Shown in pieces: positions 37,501 through 45,886 of a stretch of DNA of 64,000 nt (the first letter of the stretch is position 1; every line of letters starts with the position of its first letter). The position numbers were made by a program, and so were the translations under genes. Under the pieces are notes generated by a model, which was not told the origin of the DNA, searched no databases, and worked only from the letters and a program-made list of their open reading frames with translations. The stretch covers positions 320,001 to 384,000 of the forward strand of contig CAWFFN010000007.1 of the NCBI GenBank assembly GCA_963815115.1, in the 5' to 3' direction. Source of the DNA: an uncultured delta proteobacterium. Its GTDB lineage: Bacteria > Desulfobacterota > Binatia > DP-6.

Positions 37501-38918
37501 CGGTCGCGGCCTGCCACGGCACGATCACGGCGGCGGCGCTGGCGTGCGACGATCATCAGCTCTGCAATGGCGTGGAGTCGTGCAACCCGGCTAGCGGGAC
37601 CTGTCAGACGACGCCGACCAGCTGCGACGACACGAACACCTGCACCACCGACACCTGTGATCCGGCCGCCAACGCCGGAGCGGGCGGCTGCGTGAACACG
37701 ACGCTGGCCGCTGGGACGCCGTGCAACGACGGCAATGCCTGCACGGGCCCCGGAGTCAGCGACACCTGCAATGCCGCGGGGCAGTGCACGGGGGCCCCCG
37801 TCGTCTGTACCGACGGCAACGCGTGCAACGGCCTCGAGCTCTGCGACTCGACGCTGGGCTGCCAGCCGGGAACCCAGCTCGACTGCGACGACAACAACCC
37901 GTGCACGACGAACGACTGCGACCCGACGCAGGGGTGCGTCAACGCGCCGCTGAACGGCATGGTCTGCGATGACGGCAGCGCCTGCACCGTCAACGACGTC
38001 TGCACGCCGTCGGGCAGCAGCAGCGTCTGCACCGGCGCCCTGATGACCTGCGACGACGGCAACGCGTGCAACGGGACCGAGACGTGCAACCCCGGAGCGA
38101 GCAGCCCGGCGACGGCCTGCGTGCCCGGCACGACCCCGACGTGTGAGGACAACGACATCTGCACGACCGATAACTGCGTCGCACCGACCGGGTGCGTGCA
38201 TACGCCGACCGCCGCCTGCGACGACGGCAACGCCTGCAACGGGCCGGAGAGCTGTGATCCCGCGAATCCCACCCAGTGCCTGCCCCCGGGGCCGGTGACC
38301 TGTGACGACGGGAACGATTGTACCGACGACAGCTGCAACCCGGGCGTCGGCTGCCAGCACGACAACAACACCGGACCCTGCAGTGACGGCACGGAGTGCA
38401 CGACGGGCGACATCTGCAGCGGCGGGAGCTGCGTCGGCACGCCGATGCAGTGCACCGACAACAACGCCTGCAACGGAATTGAAACCTGCGATCCGAACCT
38501 CGGCTGCATGGCGGGGACGATCCCGAACTGCAACGACGGCGACGAGTGCACCACCGACAGCTGCGATCCGGTGTCCGGGTGCCAGAACGGCTCCGACCCG
38601 GAGTCCTACGCCATCTGCCGCCTGAACATCCTCGCCGATGCCATCCAGGGCACGCCGGCGAACGATCTGGGCGGGGTCAAGAAGAAGAAGAAGTACATGT
38701 TGCAGGTGACGAGCTCTCTGCGGGCGCTCCAGAAGGCCCTGGTGGCATCGCCACGGCAGAAGGCCCAGAACCTGCGGAAGTCCCAGCGTCGCCTGAGCCG
38801 CGTCAACGACGGCATCCAGAAGGCGATCGACACGCACCAGATCGATACCGCTCTCGGGAACCAGATTCTCGACCTGGTCGCCAAGGCGGCGCGCGCGCTG
38901 CAGGCGATCGGGAAGTAG
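34577..38918 (+). pseudogene. Secreted Cys-rich repeat protein D (TolB-like beta-propeller, CTDC-type repeats, basic C-terminal domain), frameshifted at about 35120-35122
   Basis: Signal peptide ending TAHA. CAG-A-TTC-TTC-ATG carries one extra base, and removing it gives HRQIFMYNL, matching the earlier blade GRQIFVFNL. Propeller blades (RQITN, VFQS, IAFQS, FDS) and many CDDGNxCNGxExC repeats follow. About 1446 aa if joined. May be an assembly error. Confidence 0.85.
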
Positions 38919-38998
38919 TGATGGTCCGGAGAGCGATACGGCGTGGCTGCCGGGCCGTGGCCCGGCGGCCAGCGACGCCCGTCAACGAGGGGGTTTAG

Positions 38999-40783
38999 AT
39001 GATCTGGAAGTCCAGCAGCCTGGCCGTCGCCGCACTCCTGGCGGGGGCTCTCGTGAGCCCTGCCCGGGCCAACATCCTGCACGTCGACGACGACGGTCTC
39101 GATCCCTTCGAGTGCGAGGCGGCGCAGTTTCACACCATCGCGGAGGCCCTCGCGACGGCCAACCCGGGCGACGAGATCCGGGTATGCCCGGGCGTGTATC
39201 CCGAGCAGGTGGTGCTCACGCAGGCGATCCGGCTGACCGGAATCTCGTTCGGCAGCGCCCGGCCCGTGATCAGGCCGACGGCGCTGCCCGCGTCGCGGCC
39301 CAGCCTGCTCGGCGGCAATCCGGTGACCGGCGCGATCATCGTCGACAACGAATTCGTCCGCATCACCAACCTGGAGATCGATCTCTCCAACGTGAACGTC
39401 ACGACCTGCCTGCCGTTCCTCACCGGCGTGTATCTGCGCCGGGCCAACGGCTCGGTGGAAAAGACACGGATCGAGAACGTGGCCGTGGCTGGCAACCCGA
39501 GCTGCGAGAGCGGCGTCGGGCTCTACGTCGAGAGCGGAGCGGTCGACGAGTTTCTCGGCAACCCCGTTCTGCTCCCGGCTCGCGTGATCGTCCGTGACCT
39601 GGACGTTTCCGGCTATCAGAAGGCCGGGCTCGTCGGGAACGGCCCGCGCACGGTCCTCATCGTGAAGGGTGGCGGGGCGACGGGTCTCGGAGCCACGGCG
39701 GGGGTGGTGCAGTATGGCTACCAGGTCGGCTTCGGCGCCAAGGGCAAGATCGCCCAGGTGTCCGCGAGCGGCCATCGCTCGCTCGTCACGGCCAAGGCCG
39801 CGGCGGGACTGCTCATCTTCCAGGCCGACCGGGTGAGCTTCCGGAAGAGCGACGTCAGCGACGGACAGGAAGGCGTCCTCTGCATCGGCGACCGCGCCCG
39901 GGTGAAGAAGACGAGCTTCAGTGACATGTCGGGAGACGGGGTCGTCTTCCTGGGCGACGCGAACCTGGCGGCAGCCAACTTGATCGAGCGCAGCAGCGTG
40001 GCCGGCGTGTTCATCAAGGGCGACCGCAACACGGTCCGGGGCGGGATCATGCGCGACCTTGGCAACGGCGTCTGGTTCCAGGACGGCGTCGGCAACAAGT
40101 ACGGCGGCGTCCACTTCGAGAACGTGCCGCTTCCTGCCCAGGGAGTGTACGGCGGGGTCCGCTGGGACTTGGGCAAGGCCTCGGCCGATCCGTTCTCCAC
40201 GGCCTGCGACACGGCCGCCGATTGCGACGACTCGAACTCGTGCACCACGGACGCTTGCGACCCGGCCAGCGGACACTGCTCCTACACGACGCTCCCTGCG
40301 GGGACCACGTGTGACGACCGGAACACCTGCACGACAGCAGACGTATGCAATGCCGCCGGTGCCTGTCAGGGTACGCTCGCGCCGGCCGGCACCGGGTGCG
40401 ACGACGGCAACTCGTGCACGCAGGTCGATACCTGCAACGCGAGCGGGGCATGCATCGGCACCCCGTCCCCGGTCGGCGTCTCCTGCGACGACGGGAACGC
40501 GTGTACGGGACCCGACACCTGCGCTGCGGGCGCCAGGTGCGTCGGGCTACCGGTCACGGTCGGTACGACCTGCGACGATGCAAATCAGTGCACGGCGAAC
40601 GATGCCTGCGACGCGTTCGGCATCTGCCGCGGGGCGGTGGCGCCGATCGGAAGCGCCTGCGATGACGGGAACGAGTGCACCATCGATCAGTGCGACACGG
40701 CCGTGTGCGAGGGCGACCCGGCGCTGGACGGGACCCCGTGCGCGGGCGGAACGCTCGCCTGCACGGCGGGCGTCTGTTCCTGA
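38999..40783 (+). CDS. Secreted Cys-rich repeat protein E (right-handed parallel beta-helix plus CDDGNxCT repeats)
   Basis: RBS GAGGGGG and signal peptide ending ARA. The beta-helix cap FHTIAEAL..ANPGDEIRVCPGVYPEQV and GYQKAG are followed by about six Cys repeats. Confidence 0.88.
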   Translation: MIWKSSSLAVAALLAGALVSPARANILHVDDDGLDPFECEAAQFHTIAEALATANPGDEIRVCPGVYPEQVVLTQAIRLTGISFGSARPVIRPTALPASRPSLLGGNPVTGAIIVDNEFVRITNLEIDLSNVNVTTCLPFLTGVYLRRANGSVEKTRIENVAVAGNPSCESGVGLYVESGAVDEFLGNPVLLPARVIVRDLDVSGYQKAGLVGNGPRTVLIVKGGGATGLGATAGVVQYGYQVGFGAKGKIAQVSASGHRSLVTAKAAAGLLIFQADRVSFRKSDVSDGQEGVLCIGDRARVKKTSFSDMSGDGVVFLGDANLAAANLIERSSVAGVFIKGDRNTVRGGIMRDLGNGVWFQDGVGNKYGGVHFENVPLPAQGVYGGVRWDLGKASADPFSTACDTAADCDDSNSCTTDACDPASGHCSYTTLPAGTTCDDRNTCTTADVCNAAGACQGTLAPAGTGCDDGNSCTQVDTCNASGACIGTPSPVGVSCDDGNACTGPDTCAAGARCVGLPVTVGTTCDDANQCTANDACDAFGICRGAVAPIGSACDDGNECTIDQCDTAVCEGDPALDGTPCAGGTLACTAGVCS

Positions 40784-40809
40784 GCTCGGAGCTGGAGCGC
40801 AACAACGTG

Positions 40810-40849
40810 ACACGCGGCGCCGGCGGGCCGAGCCCCCGGCGCCGCGTGT
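40810..40849. terminator. Hairpin between convergent genes
   Basis: Perfect 14-bp stem ACACGCGGCGCCGG / CCGGCGCCGCGTGT. Confidence 0.65.
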
Positions 40850-40865
40850 GCGTCTGGCGGACGAC

Positions 40866-41435
40866 TCAGCTCGTCGGCTCGAGCGAGGACCCGATGGTCG
40901 GCGTCTCGAGGCCGGTCCAGTTCTCCCAGTAGCCGCCGTCCTTGTTCTTCAGCTTGAAGGAGTTGCCGAGCAGCGCATCGGGGCTGAAGATGCGGAGACC
41001 GTGACCGAAGGCCCGGACGAGGCCGACCGGGTACTCGTAGAATGCGGCCTCCAGGAAGCGAACCGGGAGGGAGTGCTCGGACATGTCGTATGTCGGCAGC
41101 GCCCCCACCGCCTCACAGGGACCGCAGGCGATCGGCGCCCACAGCCAGTCGTACGCGCTCACCACCTGGGTCGTGCCGATCTTGTAGCCGGGCTTCTCGA
41201 CCTCGACGCGGTAGTTGTTGTCGCGTCGCAGACGCACGGTTGCGGGCGTCGTGACGGTCTGCTTCTGGGTATCGACGAATAGCGGCCCCCGCGTGGACGT
41301 CTGGGCCGACACCGTCGCCTGCGCCCCCGGCGGGTTGGAGTCGATCACGACGTCCTGGTACGGCCCGTGGACGATCGTGGCGCATCCGCTCAGCACGGCG
41401 AGCGCCACTGCGGAGAAAGTCACCTGCCGGGTCAT
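40866..41435 (-). CDS. PEGA-like domain lipoprotein
   Basis: Lipobox LSGC, then ATIVHG..QDVVIDSNPPGA, TTPATVRL, VEKPGY. Confidence 0.82.
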   Translation of the reverse strand: MTRQVTFSAVALAVLSGCATIVHGPYQDVVIDSNPPGAQATVSAQTSTRGPLFVDTQKQTVTTPATVRLRRDNNYRVEVEKPGYKIGTTQVVSAYDWLWAPIACGPCEAVGALPTYDMSEHSLPVRFLEAAFYEYPVGLVRAFGHGLRIFSPDALLGNSFKLKNKDGGYWENWTGLETPTIGSSLEPTS

Positions 41436-41530
41436 CGGACCCCCTTTCGATGAAATCGGGACGGGGCCTCGTGCACGCCCCCGCCCGGAATCACGCGGCC
41501 GCGCGGAAGACCACGCGGCGGGCCGCAGGC

Positions 41531-41812
41531 CTACTTCTTGCCCAGGACGGACTCCTTGAACGTCTTCGCCACCGAGAAGCCGACCTTCTTGCGGGCAGGA
41601 ATCTTGATCGGCTCTCCCGTCTGCGGATTCCTCCCCATGCGGGCCTTCATCTTGCGGAGCCGGAAGATGCCCAAGCCGGGGATCTTGACGGACTCGCCCT
41701 TCTTGACGCTCTTCGTGACCGTATCGACCAGGCAGTCGAGGATCTCGTCGCCCTGTTTACGGCTAACCCCACCTGCTTCTGCGAGTTTTGTCACCAACTG
41801 CGCCTTCGTCAT
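41531..41812 (-). CDS. hup: HU family DNA-binding protein
   Basis: MTKAQLV, V.IPGLGIF, ARMGRNPQTGEPIKIPA. RBS GGAGG. Confidence 0.95.
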   Translation of the reverse strand: MTKAQLVTKLAEAGGVSRKQGDEILDCLVDTVTKSVKKGESVKIPGLGIFRLRKMKARMGRNPQTGEPIKIPARKKVGFSVAKTFKESVLGKK

Positions 41813-42124
41813 CGCAGCACCTCCATCCCTGAGGACAACGAACCGGAATGATCGCGGAGAAACGGGCTCTATTACGGCAGTCGGACGGCGAGTGTCAAGA
41901 AAACCCGCGCCAATCAAGGGCTAGCACGCTATTCGCCCACCCGGGGTAGGTGCTCGGCGGCACGGGACGGCGCTGGCCAGGGCGGGGACGGCGAGCCGGC
42001 ACGATCGGCGGCACGAACGCCCGGGTGATCGGGCGGATATGCCCATCCATTGCGCAAACGCACGATATCGGGAAAATCATGGTCTTCCGCTGATGCGACT
42101 TTCGTGCAGAAACCACCACTTTGG

Positions 42125-42140
42125 TGGCATCCGAATTGCA
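42125..42140 (+). promoter_or_regulatory. sigma54 promoter upstream of the small protein and regulator cassette
   Basis: TGGCAT-CCGAA-TTGCA, near-perfect consensus. Degenerate IHF-like AATCATGGTCTTC at 42075-42087. Confidence 0.82.
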
Positions 42141-42170
42141 ACTATGCGAGAAAACGAAGGTCGGTGACAG

Positions 42171-42473
42171 GTGCATACGACGATCAGCAACCCGGCGAAC
42201 GGAGTCCGTGAGATCCTGGACCGGGTCATCTCTGCCTACGAGGAGATCGACCGTCGGTTCACGGCCGCAGGGGGCCTGTCCCGGCTCCTCGCCCTGTACG
42301 AGCAGCTCCAGCGCGAGCTCGAGCGCGTATCGTACGAGGAGATCGACCGGATGACCGGCGAGATCAAGAGCGTCATCGAGACCCTCCTCACGATGGACTA
42401 CGAGCTGCGACGGGTGAACAACCTGAAGCTGGCGTTCGACGCCAGACAGCCGGGCTCCGGCGGCACGGGGTGA
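42171..42473 (+). CDS. Small helical hypothetical protein (100 aa)
   Basis: Typical high-GC codon usage, amphipathic helices, internal repeat YEEIDR twice. Directly follows a sigma54 box. Confidence 0.75.
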   Translation: MHTTISNPANGVREILDRVISAYEEIDRRFTAAGGLSRLLALYEQLQRELERVSYEEIDRMTGEIKSVIETLLTMDYELRRVNNLKLAFDARQPGSGGTG

Positions 42474-42722
42474 GGGCAGGCCGCGTATCCAACCCGCAAC
42501 CGCGCGAGACCGATCGCGCGGGAATGCGGGACGCCTGGTTGCAAGGTTGAGATGGCCCCTCGTATGATCGGCGAGCTCGTCCGGCGATTGGAGCCGAGCG
42601 TGACCGGCATCCCGTACGAGCTGGATTCTAGCCGCCCTCGCATTCCGGCGTTGCGGAAAGGGGGCACGCAGGAGGCCGTTGCCGGCGGGCTCATGCGCAT
42701 TCACAGCCCGAGCAGACGGACG

Positions 42723-43427
42723 ATGCCCGCCTACAAGCCCCCCAAGGTCGAACCCGCTTCCACCTCCTCCGTCGATTCGCCGCCGCAAGCGTCCTGGCTC
42801 GAAGAGACCGCTGCGCAGGATCGCGTGATCGCCGAGATCTCCCACGAGCTCGGAAACCTGTTCCACAAGCTCTACTACTGGGCCGAGTTCCTCCAGGAGC
42901 GGCGCGGCGACCATGCGAGCGACGCGCCGGCGGTCCAGATGCTCACGCAGACGGTCGGGGGCCTGGAAGAGTTCTTGAAGGGCGTGCTCGACTACTTCCG
43001 TCCCCTCAAGTTGTCGCCGATCCGGATGGCCGTCGCCGACCTGATCGCAGGCATGGTGATCCAGATGCGTTCGCAGCTCCTCGGCTGGCCGGTACGCGTG
43101 AGCGATTCCGGAGCGTGGGACCAACGCAGCGTGCTGATCGACCCCGTCCGTCTCCCCGCGGTCCTGCTCGCGGCGGGACGACGTCTCACCGAGCGCGCGC
43201 CGGCGGGCAGCGGCGTCCACATCGCGTTCCACGCGCTGTCGGACGGCGTCGAGGTGACCTTCCGCGTCGAGGGCGCCGGCGGGACGCCGGGGCTGCAGAG
43301 CGCCGCGACATGCATCGAGTGGGGAGTGGCGGAGCGCATCGTCGCTCTCCACGGCGGGCGGCTTCGCGAGTGCGCCGCCGCCGACGGTCCGCACGCGCTC
43401 GTGCTCTTCCTGCCATTTCAGCATTGA
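42723..43427 (+). CDS. Histidine-kinase-like protein with H-box but degenerate ATPase domain and no sensor domain
   Basis: IAEISHELGN, VLDYFRP, IDPVRL, ERIVALHGGRL are present. N, G1 and G2 boxes are absent. Start uncertain (42552-42723). Confidence 0.75.
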   Translation: MPAYKPPKVEPASTSSVDSPPQASWLEETAAQDRVIAEISHELGNLFHKLYYWAEFLQERRGDHASDAPAVQMLTQTVGGLEEFLKGVLDYFRPLKLSPIRMAVADLIAGMVIQMRSQLLGWPVRVSDSGAWDQRSVLIDPVRLPAVLLAAGRRLTERAPAGSGVHIAFHALSDGVEVTFRVEGAGGTPGLQSAATCIEWGVAERIVALHGGRLRECAAADGPHALVLFLPFQH

Positions 43428-43438
43428 TCTCGAGGTTC

Positions 43439-44872
43439 ATGATGGAAACCCGCATCCTCATCGTCGACGACGATCCCTTCATCTGCCGGCAGCTCGAAGA
43501 GCTGTACACCTCGCAGCGCTACGCCGTCGCCTGCGCGCCCAATTCGACCGAGGCGCTGCGCCTGCTCGGGGAGCAGGAGTTCGCGCTGGCCGTGGTGGAC
43601 CTCAAGATCCCCGGTACGGACGGGATCGGCCTCACGCGGGAGATCCGCGACCGCTGGCCCGATCTCGACGTGATCATGATCACCGGCTACGCCAGCATCA
43701 AGGGCGCGGTCGAGGCGATCAAGCAGGGAGCCAGCGACTACATCACCAAGCCGTTCCAGAAGGAGGAGATCCTCCTCGCCACGGAGAAGATCCTCGAGAA
43801 ACGCCGCCTGCTGGACGAGATCAACTACCTGCGCAGCCAGCTGTCTGATCGCTACTCGTTCGCCAACATGGTGAGCCGCAACCGGGTGATGCACGAGATC
43901 TTCGAGACCATCAGCGTCCTGGCGCAGAACGACGCGACGGTGTTGATCTACGGCGAGTCGGGAACCGGGAAGGAGCTGGCGGCCCGTGCCATTCACTTCC
44001 AGGGCAAGCGCAAGAGTGGCCGCTTCGTCGCCATCAACTGTGCGGCGTTCCCCGACACGCTGCTCGAGAGCGAGCTCTTCGGGTACGAGCGCGGCGCGTT
44101 CACCGGCGCGATCCACGATCGCGTCGGCAAGATCGAGCTGTCGAGCGGCGGCACCCTGTTCCTCGACGAGATCGAGAGCATCTCGCTCAACATGCAGCTG
44201 AAGCTGCTGCGTGTGCTCGAGGAACGCGAGGTCGAGAAGCTCGGTTCGAACCGACGCATCAAGGTCAACATGCGGATCATCTGCGCGACCAACATGGACC
44301 TGGCTCAGGGCGTCGCCGAGGGCCGCATGCGCGAAGACTTCTACTATCGCATCAACGTGGTCCCGCTACGCATCCCGCCGCTGCGTGAACGGATCGAGGA
44401 CATCCCGTTGCTGGTCGGAGAGTTCCTCCGCAACAGCGAGATGGCTCGCGAGAAGGGGATCAACCGCCTGTCGAACAAGGCGCTGTCTCAGCTGATGAGC
44501 TACGCGTGGCCCGGCAACGTACGCGAGCTGGGCAACGTCATCGAGCGAGCCATCCTGCGGACCAGCGGATCGGTGATCCGCGAGGTCGACCTGCCCGGCC
44601 ATTCCAGCGTGGGCCGGGAGACCAGCAACGGCAACGGCCGGCAGGCGGGCTACGACTACGAGGTCCCGCTGAAGGAATACCTCCGGCGGGCGGAGAAGGA
44701 CTACCTGGCCCGCGTGCTGCGGAAGTACCGGGGGGGCATCAACCTGTCCGCGAAGCATGCTCTGGTGGATGCGGCGACGCTGCACCGGAAGATGAAGCTG
44801 CACGGGCTGCGCCGCGAGGAGTATCGCTTCCGGGGCAAGCTGGACGGCAGCGAGGCGATCGGGACCACGTGA
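43439..44872 (+). CDS. NtrC/AtoC family sigma54-dependent response regulator
   Basis: Receiver (ILIVDDD, VDLKIPG.DG, ITGY, YITKPF), Walker A GESGTGKE, ESELFG, GAFTGA, LFLDEI, WPGNVREL, Fis-type HTH. Confidence 0.97.
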   Translation: MMETRILIVDDDPFICRQLEELYTSQRYAVACAPNSTEALRLLGEQEFALAVVDLKIPGTDGIGLTREIRDRWPDLDVIMITGYASIKGAVEAIKQGASDYITKPFQKEEILLATEKILEKRRLLDEINYLRSQLSDRYSFANMVSRNRVMHEIFETISVLAQNDATVLIYGESGTGKELAARAIHFQGKRKSGRFVAINCAAFPDTLLESELFGYERGAFTGAIHDRVGKIELSSGGTLFLDEIESISLNMQLKLLRVLEEREVEKLGSNRRIKVNMRIICATNMDLAQGVAEGRMREDFYYRINVVPLRIPPLRERIEDIPLLVGEFLRNSEMAREKGINRLSNKALSQLMSYAWPGNVRELGNVIERAILRTSGSVIREVDLPGHSSVGRETSNGNGRQAGYDYEVPLKEYLRRAEKDYLARVLRKYRGGINLSAKHALVDAATLHRKMKLHGLRREEYRFRGKLDGSEAIGTT

Positions 44873-44999
44873 ATACCCGTTGGTACGGGCCATCGGGTCT
44901 AGGCTATCGAGCATCGGTGAGCGGGATTGCACGAGCGCCACACCAAAGCCCTGAACCGGGGCGATTCGGCGAGGCATTCATGGCACCAAAACACATGAT

Positions 45000-45012
45000 A
45001 ATCAGTAACTTA
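45000..45012 (+). promoter_or_regulatory. IHF-type binding site
   Basis: AATCAGTAACTTA fits WATCARNNNNTTR in an AT-rich patch 22 bp upstream of a -24 box. Confidence 0.6.
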
Positions 45013-45034
45013 CATCACCGTATGCGTTGGTCCG

Positions 45035-45050
45035 TGGCATTGAAATTGCT
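45035..45050 (+). promoter_or_regulatory. sigma54 promoter of the polysaccharide operon
   Basis: TGGCAT-TGAAA-TTGCT, near-perfect consensus. Confidence 0.85.
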
Positions 45051-45066
45051 GACCTTCGATACGGTC

Positions 45067-45861
45067 ATGAGTACGACCGAGGTTCGATCTGGACTCGGGG
45101 AGCCGGTCTCTGGGCGTTCCTCGGGTGGATTCGCGCACCCCGCGGTCCGGGCAGTCCAACTGTGCGTGCTGGCAGTCGGTATGCTGGCGGTGCTCGGTGG
45201 GTGCGGCGGGAGCCGGCCCCCGCAGGTCCCCTCCATGGCTCTTCTTCCGCCTCCGCCGCCGACGCCCGGGCCGGACTATCACATCCAGCTCGGCGACACC
45301 TTGAAGGTGGCCTTCCTGTTCCAGCCGGAGAACGACATCGATCTCGTGGTGCGGCCCGACGGGCGCATCTCGCTGGCTGCCGCCGGGGAGGTCGAGGCGG
45401 TCGGCAAGACCGAACAGGAGCTCGAGGAGGTCATCAAGGAGCGCGCCTCGTCGCATCTCCGGGATCCCGTCGTGACGGTCACGGTGACCAAGGTCGGCAC
45501 GCAGAATATCTACGTGGGAGGCGAGGTCCTGCGCCCCGGCGTCGTGGCCCTGGTCCCGGGAATGACGCCCTTGCAGGCCGTGATGGAGCAGGGCGGCTTC
45601 CGTCCCACGGCCAAGCGCGACAGCGTGGTGCTCATCGTGCCGACCGCCGACGGCAAGTTCTCGGCGTCGCGCATCAATCTCGAGCAGGTGCTCACCGACG
45701 GCGTGCCCGAGCGCGTCCGCCTTCGGCCGAACGCGGTCGTCTTCGTGCCGAAGACCTGGGTCGCCAACGCCGGCGACGTCGTCGACCTGTACGTCCGCGG
45801 GCTCATCCCGGCGCTGCCGCGCGTCGGCGTCGGGTACTCGCTGAACAACAACAACCAGTAG
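45067..45861 (+). CDS. wza: Polysaccharide export (OPX/Wza family) lipoprotein
   Basis: Lipobox LGGC, DYHIQLGDTL, VRPDGRISL...GEV.AVGKT, SLBB YVGGEVLRPG, C-terminal amphipathic helix. Start 45067 or later. Confidence 0.9.
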   Translation: MSTTEVRSGLGEPVSGRSSGGFAHPAVRAVQLCVLAVGMLAVLGGCGGSRPPQVPSMALLPPPPPTPGPDYHIQLGDTLKVAFLFQPENDIDLVVRPDGRISLAAAGEVEAVGKTEQELEEVIKERASSHLRDPVVTVTVTKVGTQNIYVGGEVLRPGVVALVPGMTPLQAVMEQGGFRPTAKRDSVVLIVPTADGKFSASRINLEQVLTDGVPERVRLRPNAVVFVPKTWVANAGDVVDLYVRGLIPALPRVGVGYSLNNNNQ

Positions 45862-45886
45862 TCGGACGGAGAGGAACGAAGACGAC

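Noticed and set aside
37190-38580. Recurrent TGCGACGACGGCAAC sequences as a CRISPR array or DNA repeat
   Set aside because: They are in-frame codons of CDDGN protein repeats with synonymous variation and irregular spacing. No cas genes are present.
20812-40783. PEP-CTERM, MYXO-CTERM or autotransporter C-termini on the Cys-rich proteins
   Set aside because: None ends in a motif plus TM helix plus basic tail, and none has a beta-barrel.
42528-42543. Additional sigma54 box GGGACGCCTGGTTGCA before the kinase-like gene
   Set aside because: Spacing is correct but the -24 element is a poor match. It is too weak to call.
44981-44996. TGGCAC at 44981 as a second wza promoter
   Set aside because: There is no GC at the -12 position.
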